Below are positions 30,084 to 39,621 of a stretch of 64,000 bases of DNA, piece by piece. The notes beneath the pieces were generated by a model that had not been told where the DNA came from, made no database searches, and saw only the letters and a program-made list of their open reading frames with translations. The position numbers and the translations under genes were made by a program. The DNA is from Mailhella sp. (GTDB taxonomy: Bacteria > Desulfobacterota > Desulfovibrionia > Desulfovibrionales > Desulfovibrionaceae), in NCBI GenBank assembly GCA_029258655.1, contig JARHYD010000027.1, positions 5,630 through 69,629 of the forward strand. Reading direction: 5' to 3'. Numbering within the stretch: position 1 is the stretch's first letter; every line of letters begins with the position of its first letter.

Positions 30084-30688
30084 AAATCAAGAATTCCTTT
30101 TGTACTTGTTGCAGTAGAATTGTTTATCATAATTGCTTTTTGTAATGCTTTGCCAACGCCTTTTGCCACTGATTCCAAAAGATGGTGGCCATTTTTTCCA
30201 TAAAGAAATTGGATATGTAAATTCATTTTTGCTGTAGAAACAAAGGCTTTATAAAATTCTCTCCAAACATCTTTTTCATCACCAGCTATAAGAGGAGGTA
30301 AGAGTTCATCATTTCGCCATTCAAGCCAACTGCGACCAGAAATATCAAGGCATACTTCTGTTAATGCTTCGTCCATTGGAATTTTGGCAGAGGCAACACG
30401 TTCAATACCGTTTGCATTGTTTTTATTGGTTAAAGCATTATGAAATGCCATACCAAGACAAAGTCCAATGTCCTCTATGGTATGATGAAAATCTATATGA
30501 GTATCACCTTTACATTCAAGTTCTAAATCAAAACCTGCCCAAAAAGTAAGCAGTGTTAATATATGATCAAGAAAACCTATTCCACTTTCAATTTTTGTTT
30601 TTCCTGTTCCATCAAGATTAAGTACAAGAAAAATATTTGTTTCATTTGTACAGCGTGAAATAGTTGCTTGACGGTTTGTTTTTTTCAT
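30080..30688 (-). CDS. hisB: Imidazoleglycerol-phosphate dehydratase HisB
   Basis: RCTNETNI..., [14 protein letters not shown] and HHLLES motifs. Confidence 0.9.
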   Translation of the reverse strand: MKKTNRQATISRCTNETNIFLVLNLDGTGKTKIESGIGFLDHILTLLTFWAGFDLELECKGDTHIDFHHTIEDIGLCLGMAFHNALTNKNNANGIERVASAKIPMDEALTEVCLDISGRSWLEWRNDELLPPLIAGDEKDVWREFYKAFVSTAKMNLHIQFLYGKNGHHLLESVAKGVGKALQKAIMINNSTATSTKGILDL

Positions 30689-30721
30689 AATTTACCTATC
30701 TAATAAAATTATTAAATATTT

Positions 30722-31696
30722 TTATGCATTATGAGTTGTATCTACGTTATTATCAGAATTATTATTTTCTTCTGTTTTTGGTGTAGGTATATCTTGTTTT
30801 CTTGCTACTTTTGCAACATAAATACTTACTTCGTATAAAAAGATCATAGGACACGCCATCATTGTTTGTGAAAAAACATCTGGGGGAGTAAGAATGGCTG
30901 CAACAATAAAGATAACTAGTATTGCATATTTTCTGTATTTTTTCATAGCTTCGGCTGTGATAATACGTAATTTTGCAAGAAAATAAGCAAAAAGAGGCAT
31001 TTCAAAAACAAGACCAAAAGCAATAATAAGTTTTAAGGCAAAACTTAAATATTCTTCTACACTAATCATAGGTTTTACAAGGTCAGATGTAAAGCCCATA
31101 AAAAATTTGAAAGCAACAGGGAAAACAGCAAAATAACAAAAAGCAGCACCAGCTAAAAAGAAAAATGCAGAAAAAAAGGCTAATGGAAGCACAGCTTTTT
31201 GTTCTTCTTTGTATAAACCGGGAGCAATAAAAGCCCAAACTTGATAAAAAGAAAAAGGACTTGTACCTAAAATGGAAAGCATAAGAGCCACTTTCATATA
31301 TGTAAAAAATGCCCCTTGTGGTGAAGTATAAATTAATGAACTGCCTTCTGGTAAAAATCTTGTTAATGGTTCGGCAAGATAGGTGTATGCAATTTCAGAA
31401 ATTCCATAAAAACCAAAAAAACCAATTAATATCATAATAACAATACGAGTTAAACGGACTCTTAATTCTCCTAAGTGGCTAAGAAGAGTCATTTTTTCTT
31501 CTTCTGGTTCTTGAGGGATAGTAGATGGGGGAGTAAACTTTTCTTCTTTATTTTGTTCAGAAGAAATTGCTTGCGTATTGTTTGGTTGTTGTTCTTCTTC
31601 GTTTGTTTGATTTGTTGTTTCAAATAAAGGACGAGATTCAATAGGTTCTTCACCAATAATTCTTTTTATATTGTTTTCTTCATCATCAAAACACAT
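30722..31696 (-). CDS. tatC: Sec-independent translocase TatC, with a possible ~68-aa acidic N-terminal extension
   Basis: The core starts at MTLLSHLGELRVRL (alternative start 31492). The long ORF start has aggaa 8 nt upstream. Confidence 0.85.
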   Translation of the reverse strand: MCFDDEENNIKRIIGEEPIESRPLFETTNQTNEEEQQPNNTQAISSEQNKEEKFTPPSTIPQEPEEEKMTLLSHLGELRVRLTRIVIMILIGFFGFYGISEIAYTYLAEPLTRFLPEGSSLIYTSPQGAFFTYMKVALMLSILGTSPFSFYQVWAFIAPGLYKEEQKAVLPLAFFSAFFFLAGAAFCYFAVFPVAFKFFMGFTSDLVKPMISVEEYLSFALKLIIAFGLVFEMPLFAYFLAKLRIITAEAMKKYRKYAILVIFIVAAILTPPDVFSQTMMACPMIFLYEVSIYVAKVARKQDIPTPKTEENNNSDNNVDTTHNA

Positions 31697-31717
31697 GGTT
31701 TATTCCTAAGGTAAATC

Positions 31718-31954
31718 TTATGCTTTATTTTTTTCTGTTTCTGGTTTTATTTTTTCTTGTTCTTTTTTCTTTTCTGCTTCTTCTTCAAGTGCAATTTCTG
31801 TGTTTATGGTACGTTGAAAATCACGTGAAGCTTTTTGAAATTGCCCCATAGCTTTACCCAGTGATTGTGCAATTTTTGGTAAGTTTTTAGGTCCTAAAAC
31901 AATTAATGCAACGACAAGTATAAGTAAAAGTTCTGATGTGCCAATACCGAACAT
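31718..31954 (-). CDS. tatA: Sec-independent translocase TatA/E family protein
   Basis: MFGIGTSELLLILVVALIVLGPKNLP is the canonical TatA N-terminus. Confidence 0.9.
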   Translation of the reverse strand: MFGIGTSELLLILVVALIVLGPKNLPKIAQSLGKAMGQFQKASRDFQRTINTEIALEEEAEKKKEQEKIKPETEKNKA

Positions 31955-32130
31955 AATAACCTCAATAAAATATGTGTTAGTAATATAGTATAAAAAATTT
32001 TTTGTATAAAGGCAAGTAAGGATTACGCAGGCATTAATTTGTTTTAAAAGAAAATTATTGCGTATGTGTGGTTATAGCTATAATTTTTTATGTGAGTTGA
32101 TTTAAAGAATATTACTTTATTCTCGTAAAA

Positions 32131-32400
32131 TTAGGGTGTTTTTCCAACTTTATCATTATCTAAGTGTTGTTCTTTAACTATGAAAATAGAATAGTTGCAG
32201 TTTAGTATATGAGAAATTCTTATAGTTACTATATGAAATAAATAACTTTTTTTATTTTTAAATGAAAAGAATTTTCTTAATGTCCTAATATGGGCAAATT
32301 TATTGAAACAAGTTTCAATAAATTTGCCTTATTGAGGGGGATTGGGGGAAATCATTTCCCCCAAAAAAGATAAAACAATTAATTTAGAAACACACCTTAG
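32131..32400 (-). repeat. Repeat locus R8: apparently complete ~270-bp MITE-like unit with inverted terminal motifs; P2 at 32284-32340, P1 at 32344-32362
   Basis: Its ends, ttagggtgtttttccaac (32131) and aatttagaaacacaccttag (32381-32400), are inverted copies of the same motif. Confidence 0.85.
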
Positions 32401-32526
32401 AGATACATAAGAGATACATAGTATTGTATCTTATAATGTATTTTTAGAATGTTATTTTGTGGTAATAATATAAATTTTAGTATCAAAAAAATAGAAAAGT
32501 GAGAAAAATATGTAATAAAAATATAA

Positions 32527-32610
32527 GAAAAAACCGTCTTGCAGGCAAAACGGTTTTTGGATTAAACATTTTTAAAAAGGGGGGAGAATATTTTATAAAA
32601 ATTTCTTCCC
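32527..32610 (+). repeat. 3' module copy next to guaA: hairpin 32527-32557, spacer, degenerate P3 32579-32610
   Basis: It has the same order and spacer (ggattaaacatttttaaaaagg) as the copies at 14919 and 18812. Confidence 0.75.
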
Positions 32611-32626
32611 TTAAAAATAGTTTATA

Positions 32627-34171
32627 TTATTCCCATTCAATAGTGCTTGGTGGTTTTGGAGATATATCTAAAACTACACGGTTAACACCACGAACTTCAT
32701 TGATAATTCTAGTAGACATTTTGGCAAGGACATCTTCTGGTATTCTTGACCAATCAGCTGTCATAGCATCTACACTATCTACTATTCTAAGAGCAATAAC
32801 GCTTTCGTAGGTTCTGCCATCACCCATAACGCCAACGGTTTTGAGAGGTAAAAGAACAGCAAAGCCTTGCCATACTTTACGATACCAACCAGAAGCTTTA
32901 AGTTCTTCTTGTACTATTGTATCTGCTTTGCGTAAAATATTGAGACGTTCTTCTGTAATTTCACCAATAATACGGATAGCAAGGCCTGGTCCGGGAAATG
33001 GGTGTCTCCATAAAACGGAATCTGGAATACCTAATTCTGCACCAACAGCACGAACTTCATCTTTAAAAAGTTCTCTAAGTGGTTCAATAAGATCCATATC
33101 CATTTTTTCAGGAAGACCACCTACATTATGATGGCTTTTAATAACAGCACTTGGTCCTTTGTGGGAAACTGATTCAATAACATCAGGGTATAATGTTCCT
33201 TGAGCTAAAAACTTAACACTAACTCCACTCGCTTTAATGGCGTTTGCTTCTTCCTCAAAAACATCAATAAAAGTATGGCCAATAATTTTACGTTTTTTTT
33301 CAGGATCATCAATACCTGTTAATTTATCAAGAAAAAGCTTGCTAGCGTCAACATATTTGAGATTTAAATCAAAATGTTCACGAAGGTAATTAACAACTTC
33401 TTCGCCTTCATTTTCACGAAGAACGCCATTATTAACAAAAATACAATGTAATCTATGTCCAATAGCTTTATTTAAAAGAACAGCTACAACAGTGGAATCA
33501 ACCCCACCAGATAATGCACAAATAACGTGACCATCACCTACTTTTTCGCGACATTCTTCAATAACACGTTCAGCAAAATTGTGCATATTCCAATCAGCGG
33601 TAAGATTTGCAACTTCAAAAAGAAAGTTACGGAGCATAGTTGTTCCGTCTAAACTGTGATGTACTTCTGGGTGGAATTGGAGAGCATAAATTTTGCGTTC
33701 TTCATTACACATTGCAGCAATAGCAAGGGTAGAAGTTTTACCACAAATTTTAAATCCAGTTGGAACTTTGCTTACTTTATCGCCATGACTCATCCAAACG
33801 CGAGATGTTTTGTTAATGCCTTTCCAAAGGGAACAATCTTCAGAAAGTTCTAAATCAGCAGGACCATACTCTCTTGTTTCAGATTGTGAAAGCTCACCAC
33901 CAAGATTATGGGCAAGTAATTGCATACCATAACAAATGCCAAGAACAGGAACGCCAATTTCTAAAAGTCCCATATCAAGAGTTGGGGCATCTTCTTCGCC
34001 AACACTTGCAGGTCCGCCTGATAAAATAATAGCATCAGGGTGCATTGCTTTAATTTTTTCTGCACTTACTTGGCAAGGGTGAATTTCAGAATAAACACCT
34101 GCTTCACGTACACGGCGTGCAATAAGTTGTGTTACTTGTGAGCCATAGTCAATAATAATTACTTTTGACAT
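32627..34171 (-). CDS. guaA: GMP synthase (glutamine-hydrolysing)
   Basis: It has GATase and ATP-PPase domains (SGGVDSTV) and a C-terminal PPSTIEWE. Confidence 0.95.
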   Translation of the reverse strand: MSKVIIIDYGSQVTQLIARRVREAGVYSEIHPCQVSAEKIKAMHPDAIILSGGPASVGEEDAPTLDMGLLEIGVPVLGICYGMQLLAHNLGGELSQSETREYGPADLELSEDCSLWKGINKTSRVWMSHGDKVSKVPTGFKICGKTSTLAIAAMCNEERKIYALQFHPEVHHSLDGTTMLRNFLFEVANLTADWNMHNFAERVIEECREKVGDGHVICALSGGVDSTVVAVLLNKAIGHRLHCIFVNNGVLRENEGEEVVNYLREHFDLNLKYVDASKLFLDKLTGIDDPEKKRKIIGHTFIDVFEEEANAIKASGVSVKFLAQGTLYPDVIESVSHKGPSAVIKSHHNVGGLPEKMDMDLIEPLRELFKDEVRAVGAELGIPDSVLWRHPFPGPGLAIRIIGEITEERLNILRKADTIVQEELKASGWYRKVWQGFAVLLPLKTVGVMGDGRTYESVIALRIVDSVDAMTADWSRIPEDVLAKMSTRIINEVRGVNRVVLDISPKPPSTIEWE

Positions 34172-34198
34172 AATTATCCTATATTAATGTTAAAGTGA

Positions 34199-35656
34199 TT
34201 AATGATCAATGCGATAGTTTGGAGCTTCTTTTGTAATAATAACATCGTGAACATGGCTTTCTCTAAGCCCAGCAGATGAAATTTCTACATATTGGCTTGT
34301 TTCATAAAGGGTAGGAATATCTTTTGCTCCAAGATAACCCATACCAGAACGAAGTCCACCCATAAGCTGATAAATTGTATCAGAAGCAGGTCCACGAGAA
34401 GGAACACGTCCTACAATACCTTCTGGTACGAATTTTTTAGATTTATCTTGGAAATATCGATCAGAACTTCCTTCTTTCATAGCATCAATAGATCCCATTC
34501 CGCGATAAGTTTTATAGGTACGGCCTTGATATAAAATTGTTTCTCCTGGTGTTTCATCAGTTCCAGCTAAAAGTGAACCAACCATAATGGAGTTTGCACC
34601 AACAGCAAGTGCTTTTACAATATCACCAGAATATTTTATACCACCATCAGCAATAAGGCATTTATCAAATTCACGTGTAGCACGACTTGTTTCCATAATT
34701 GCAGTAACTTGTGGAACACCAACTCCTGCTACAACACGTGTAGTACAAATTGAACCAGGCCCAATACCAACTTTAACAGTATCAACACCTGCTTCAATAA
34801 GAGCTTTTGCTCCTTCGTATGTTGCTACATTACCAGCAATAAGTTGTGCTTGTGGGAAAGAAGTTCTAATGGTACGAACTGCTTTTAAAATATTTTCAGA
34901 ATGTCCATGAGCAGAATCTAAAACTAAAACATCAGCACCTGCTGCTAATAATTCAGAAGCTCTTTCTTCACATTCTTTACCAACACCAATGGCTGCTCCT
35001 ACGCGTAAACGCCCTTTATCGTCTTTGCATGAGTCTGGATATTTTTGTACTTTATCAATATCTTTCATTGTAATAAGACCACGAAGTTTACGGTTGCCGT
35101 CTACTACAAGAAGTTTTTCTATTCTGTGGGCGTGTAAATGTTCTTTTGCTTCTTCAAGGGTAGTACCCATTGGAACTGTAACTAGATTATCTCTTGTCAT
35201 AACTTCACAAACAAGAGTTTTGTCTGGTTGTGTGACAAAACGTACATCACGGTTAGTGAGTATGCCAACAAGTGTATCATTTTTTTCAACAGGTAAACCG
35301 CTTACTCTATAATCACGCATAAGCTCTAATGCTCTGGAAACGGTATCTTCAGGTCCAACTGTAACAGGATCTAAAATCATTCCGCTTTCAGATTTTTTTA
35401 CTTTTTCAACTTCAAGCTTTTGTTCTGCAATAGACATATTTTTATGGATAATACCAATACCACCACTTCTAGCCATACTAATAGCCATAGCTGATTCTGT
35501 AACAGTATCCATTGCAGCAGAAAGTAAAGGGATAGGAAGTTTAATTGTAGGAGTTAACCATGCCTCTAAACTTACTAAATCTGGTGTTACATTTGAATAT
35601 GCGGGTACTAATAAAATATCTTCAAAGGTTAAGGATTTGCCTAAACATTTAGCCAT
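34199..35656 (-). CDS. guaB: IMP dehydrogenase
   Basis: It has a CBS pair, the catalytic loop [11 protein letters not shown] and GGIKYSGD. Confidence 0.95.
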   Translation of the reverse strand: MAKCLGKSLTFEDILLVPAYSNVTPDLVSLEAWLTPTIKLPIPLLSAAMDTVTESAMAISMARSGGIGIIHKNMSIAEQKLEVEKVKKSESGMILDPVTVGPEDTVSRALELMRDYRVSGLPVEKNDTLVGILTNRDVRFVTQPDKTLVCEVMTRDNLVTVPMGTTLEEAKEHLHAHRIEKLLVVDGNRKLRGLITMKDIDKVQKYPDSCKDDKGRLRVGAAIGVGKECEERASELLAAGADVLVLDSAHGHSENILKAVRTIRTSFPQAQLIAGNVATYEGAKALIEAGVDTVKVGIGPGSICTTRVVAGVGVPQVTAIMETSRATREFDKCLIADGGIKYSGDIVKALAVGANSIMVGSLLAGTDETPGETILYQGRTYKTYRGMGSIDAMKEGSSDRYFQDKSKKFVPEGIVGRVPSRGPASDTIYQLMGGLRSGMGYLGAKDIPTLYETSQYVEISSAGLRESHVHDVIITKEAPNYRIDH

Positions 35657-36096
35657 GATACCGTCTCCCTTTTTTAGGTGAAAGGTTTTTGATTAAATAA
35701 AAACGCTTGTATCATTAAGGATATCAAAGCGTTTTCATTTAAACTTTAATACAAATAAAATAAATCAATGAACAAGAATAACTTTTTAAACGTGGGCTTG
35801 TCAATAAAATAAATATAGAAAGTTAGAAGTGATATTTTTAGGTAGTATTTTTAGTGAGTTAGATTTATTTGATTAATATAAGTGAAAAGATTATAAAATT
35901 TTTATCGTATATTAAATAAAAATTTTCTTTTTTTGTTATAAGAAAAATTGTATTCTTTTTTTGAAAGATTTGATAAAAACTTGTTAGGTTAGAAAGAGTT
36001 GCAGATAAAATTTTAATATTTTCTTAGACTTGACTAAGTGAAGATAATTAAATAATATTTTAGGTTCAGACCTTATCTAATTGTTGGAGTTTTATT

Positions 36097-37677
36097 GTGA
36101 GTACCCCAAATAAGAATAATAAAGCAATTAAGATTGCTAGTCATTCAGAACATATTCCTTATTTTATGCCTATGCTTGAAAGTTTTCAAGAAAGGGGAGA
36201 GCTTAACGAAGTTATAAAAAACTGCGTAGCAAAATCTTGTGATATATGGGACTTAGGCGTTCCTCTTTTTCCAAATGGTTTTAAAAAAGAAGATAATTGC
36301 GGATCTATTAGAGCTGAATTTGAAGGGTACAGTGCAGAAGAATTAGAAGCTATTGACACCGAATTTGTTTTAGCTGGACGTATGATTTCTTCACGTTCTT
36401 TTGGTAAGGTTATTTTCTTTCATATTCAAGATAGAACAGGGCGTTTGCAATGTTATGCAGATAAGGCTCGTCTTGGAGAGGAAAGCTTTAAAGTTTTTAA
36501 GAAATTAGATGTAGGTGATATTTTAGGAATAAAAGGGACATTATTCCGTACCAAAACAGGAGAACTAACTCTTTCTTGTACGTTTATTCAATTACTTTCA
36601 AAATCATTTCGTCCTTTACCAGATAAACACGCAGGGCTTACTAATGTAGAAATGCGTTTTCGTCAACGTTATGTTGATTTAATTGTAAATCCAAAGGCTC
36701 GTGATGTTTTCCGTAAACGTTCTCGCATTGTGCGTGAGTTTAGAAATTTTATGGAAGAACATGATTTTATTGAGGTTGAAACTCCTATGATGCACCCCTT
36801 AGCAGGTGGTGCTGCTGCTCGTCCTTTTGTGACACATCATAATGCCCTTGATATGGAATTATATCTTCGTATTGCCCCAGAACTTTATTTAAAGCGTCTT
36901 ATTGTTGGTGGGTTAGAAAAAGTTTTTGAAATAAATCGTTCATTTAGAAATGAAGGTACAGATACGCGTCACAACCCAGAATTTACTATGTGTGAATTTT
37001 ATTGGGCTTATGCAACATTTTGGGATCTTATGGATCTTACAGAAGAATTATTTTCAAGAATTGCACAAGCTGTATGTGGTTCTACTGTTATTACGTATCA
37101 AGAACAAGAAATTGATCTTACAAAAGGAAAATGGAATAGAATTACTTTTCATGATTCTTTACAAATTTTTGGTGGACATCAACCAGAATTTTATAATGAT
37201 ATAGAAGCAGTTAAGGCTTATCTTCTTTCACGTGGTGAAAAAGATTTAGATAGTTGTGGTCTTGGTAAATTACAATCTATGATTTTTGATCTTGATGTTG
37301 AACCAAAACTTATTCAACCTACTTTTATTTATTATTATCCTGCAGAAATTTCTCCTCTTGCAAGAAGAAATGATGAAAATCCAGAACTTACTGATCGTTT
37401 TGAACTTTTTATTGCTGGTGGTGAAATGGCAAATGCCTTTTCTGAATTAAATGATCCAGTTGATCAACGCTTACGTTTCCAAAAACAAATGGAAGCAAAA
37501 GCTGCTGGTGATGAAGAAGCTTGTCCTCTTGATGATGATTATTTGAGAGCTTTGGAATATGGTATGCCACCAACGGCAGGACAAGGTGTAGGTATTGACC
37601 GTTTGGTTATGCTTTTGACTGATTCTCCATCAATTCGTGAGGTTATTTTCTTCCCTCACTTACGACATGAATTATAA
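36097..37677 (+). CDS. lysS: Lysine-tRNA ligase (class II)
   Basis: It has an OB-fold anticodon-binding domain, class II motifs (FRNEG, GMPPTAGQGVGIDRL) and a GTG start. Confidence 0.9.
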   Translation: MSTPNKNNKAIKIASHSEHIPYFMPMLESFQERGELNEVIKNCVAKSCDIWDLGVPLFPNGFKKEDNCGSIRAEFEGYSAEELEAIDTEFVLAGRMISSRSFGKVIFFHIQDRTGRLQCYADKARLGEESFKVFKKLDVGDILGIKGTLFRTKTGELTLSCTFIQLLSKSFRPLPDKHAGLTNVEMRFRQRYVDLIVNPKARDVFRKRSRIVREFRNFMEEHDFIEVETPMMHPLAGGAAARPFVTHHNALDMELYLRIAPELYLKRLIVGGLEKVFEINRSFRNEGTDTRHNPEFTMCEFYWAYATFWDLMDLTEELFSRIAQAVCGSTVITYQEQEIDLTKGKWNRITFHDSLQIFGGHQPEFYNDIEAVKAYLLSRGEKDLDSCGLGKLQSMIFDLDVEPKLIQPTFIYYYPAEISPLARRNDENPELTDRFELFIAGGEMANAFSELNDPVDQRLRFQKQMEAKAAGDEEACPLDDDYLRALEYGMPPTAGQGVGIDRLVMLLTDSPSIREVIFFPHLRHEL

Positions 37678-37688
37678 TCGTGGTGAAT

Positions 37689-38939
37689 ATGGGGTTTGAA
37701 CTTTTTATTGCACTTCGTTATCTTTGTTCTAAAAGACAGCAAGCATTTATTTCTGTTATTTCTATAATGTCTGTTCTTGGCGTTGCCATAGGAGTAGGTG
37801 CTTTGGTTGTTGTAATGGGTGTGTATAATGGTTTTACAACAGATATTCGAAATAAAATTTTAGGAGCTAATTCTCATGCTTTTGTGCAAAGTTTAGCTCC
37901 TGAATTATTAGATATTGATGAAAATGGAAGTGGTGGATACGCTGAAATTATAAAGGATATTAAAACATTTTCTTTAGTGCGATCTGCTACTCCTTTTTTG
38001 TATACAGAAGTTTTATTTTCAAGTCCGCGTGGTGCAACAGGATTGATTATTCGTGGTATTGAGCCAAAAAATGCTGATCAAGCATTATCTATGTTGCAGC
38101 ATTTAAAAGATGGATCAATTAATGATTTAATACGACCACGTGGTGCTCAAGGTATTATAGTTGGTGAAGAATTAGCAACACGTTTTGGTTTGCAAGTTGG
38201 AAGTAGAATTAATCTTATGTCACCAAGTGGGGAAAGAACCACAGCAGGTTTTGTACCAAAAATAGTTGCTTACCGAGTTGCAGGAATTTTTAAGACAGGT
38301 TTAAATGATTATGATAATAGACTTGCCTTTGTTTCTTTACAGTCTGCACGAGAATTAATTGGAGTTCCTCAAGGTCGAGTAACTGGTATTGAAATTTTTC
38401 TTAATGATCCTATGAAAGCAAAAGAATTTGCTCAAGAATTGCAAAAAAAATTACCCGAATATTTGTATACAAAAAACTGGATTGATGTAAATGCAGGATT
38501 ATTTGCTGCATTGCAATTAGAACGAATTGGAATGTTTATCGTTTTAGCATTAATTGTGCTTGTTGGTTCTTTTTCAATAATTACATCGCTTGTTATGCTT
38601 GTTATGGAAAAAACAAAAGATATTGCTATATTAATGTCTATGGGAGCAAGTTGTTCTTCAATTCGTAAAATTTTTATTTTTCAAGGAACATTAATTGGTT
38701 TTATAGGTACTATGATTGGATATGTTGGTGGTTTAACTTTGGCATTTTTATTACAAAAATATCAATTTATTGAGTTACCAGCAGGTGTTTATGCTTCCGA
38801 TCATTTACCTGTGCTTATTAGTTTTATAGATACAGCATTAATTGGGATAGCCTCTATGGTTATGTGTTTTCTTGCAACAATTTATCCTGCAAGGCAAGCT
38901 GCTAAACTTGTGCCAGCAGAAGCTTTGAGGTATGAATAA
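37689..38939 (+). CDS. lolC: Lipoprotein-releasing ABC transporter permease LolC/E
   Basis: FELFIALRYL... at the N-terminus, with MacB-like periplasmic and FtsX domains. A GTG at 37680 is an alternative start. Confidence 0.85.
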   Translation: MGFELFIALRYLCSKRQQAFISVISIMSVLGVAIGVGALVVVMGVYNGFTTDIRNKILGANSHAFVQSLAPELLDIDENGSGGYAEIIKDIKTFSLVRSATPFLYTEVLFSSPRGATGLIIRGIEPKNADQALSMLQHLKDGSINDLIRPRGAQGIIVGEELATRFGLQVGSRINLMSPSGERTTAGFVPKIVAYRVAGIFKTGLNDYDNRLAFVSLQSARELIGVPQGRVTGIEIFLNDPMKAKEFAQELQKKLPEYLYTKNWIDVNAGLFAALQLERIGMFIVLALIVLVGSFSIITSLVMLVMEKTKDIAILMSMGASCSSIRKIFIFQGTLIGFIGTMIGYVGGLTLAFLLQKYQFIELPAGVYASDHLPVLISFIDTALIGIASMVMCFLATIYPARQAAKLVPAEALRYE

Positions 38940-39621
38940 AATGCTTTATACCTTAAATAATGTTTGTAAAACTATAAAAACAGCACAAGAAGAAATTTGT
39001 ATATTGGATAATGTGAATTTTTCTATTAATGAAGGGGAGTTGCTTGCTGTTTTAGGAAGCTCTGGAAGTGGAAAATCTACATTTTTGCATACGTTAGCAG
39101 GCTTAGATAATCCAAGTTCTGGTGAGATTTTGTTTTTAGGTAAAAATATTCATACATTATCTGAAAAGGAAAAAAATCATATAAGAAATAAGCAAATGGG
39201 TTTTGTTTTTCAATTTCATCATTTATTACCTGAATTTACGACTATTGAAAATGTTGCTATGCAAGGATTTATTTCTGGAATGAAAAAAAAGGAAGCATTG
39301 CAAAAAGCACAAGAACTTTTAGAAATAGTAGGACTTAAGGATCGAGCAAATCATTTAGTTAGCACTCTATCTGGTGGTGAAAAACAACGAGCTGCAATAG
39401 CAAGAGCTGTTTTACTCACACCAAAAGTTTTATTGGCAGATGAGCCAACAGGGAATTTAGATGAAAAAACAGGGGAACAAATTATTGAAGTATTAATGGC
39501 ATTAAATAAAGAAAAAAAAATGGCGTTAATAATGGTAACACATAATACACAAATAGCATATCAAATGCAAAGAGTTGTTGAATTGAAGGTTGGAAAATTG
39601 TATGAACAAAAAATTTGTTAA
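38932..39621 (+). CDS. lolD: Lipoprotein-releasing ABC transporter ATP-binding protein LolD
   Basis: Walker A is GSSGSGKST, the signature is LSGGEKQR and Walker B is LLADEPTG. Confidence 0.85.
   Translation: MNKMLYTLNNVCKTIKTAQEEICILDNVNFSINEGELLAVLGSSGSGKSTFLHTLAGLDNPSSGEILFLGKNIHTLSEKEKNHIRNKQMGFVFQFHHLLPEFTTIENVAMQGFISGMKKKEALQKAQELLEIVGLKDRANHLVSTLSGGEKQRAAIARAVLLTPKVLLADEPTGNLDEKTGEQIIEVLMALNKEKKMALIMVTHNTQIAYQMQRVVELKVGKLYEQKIC

Noticed and set aside
32499-32810. 103-aa plus-strand ORF.
   Set aside because: It starts in repeat/spacer sequence and runs antisense into the 3' end of guaA. It has no RBS and no recognisable family.
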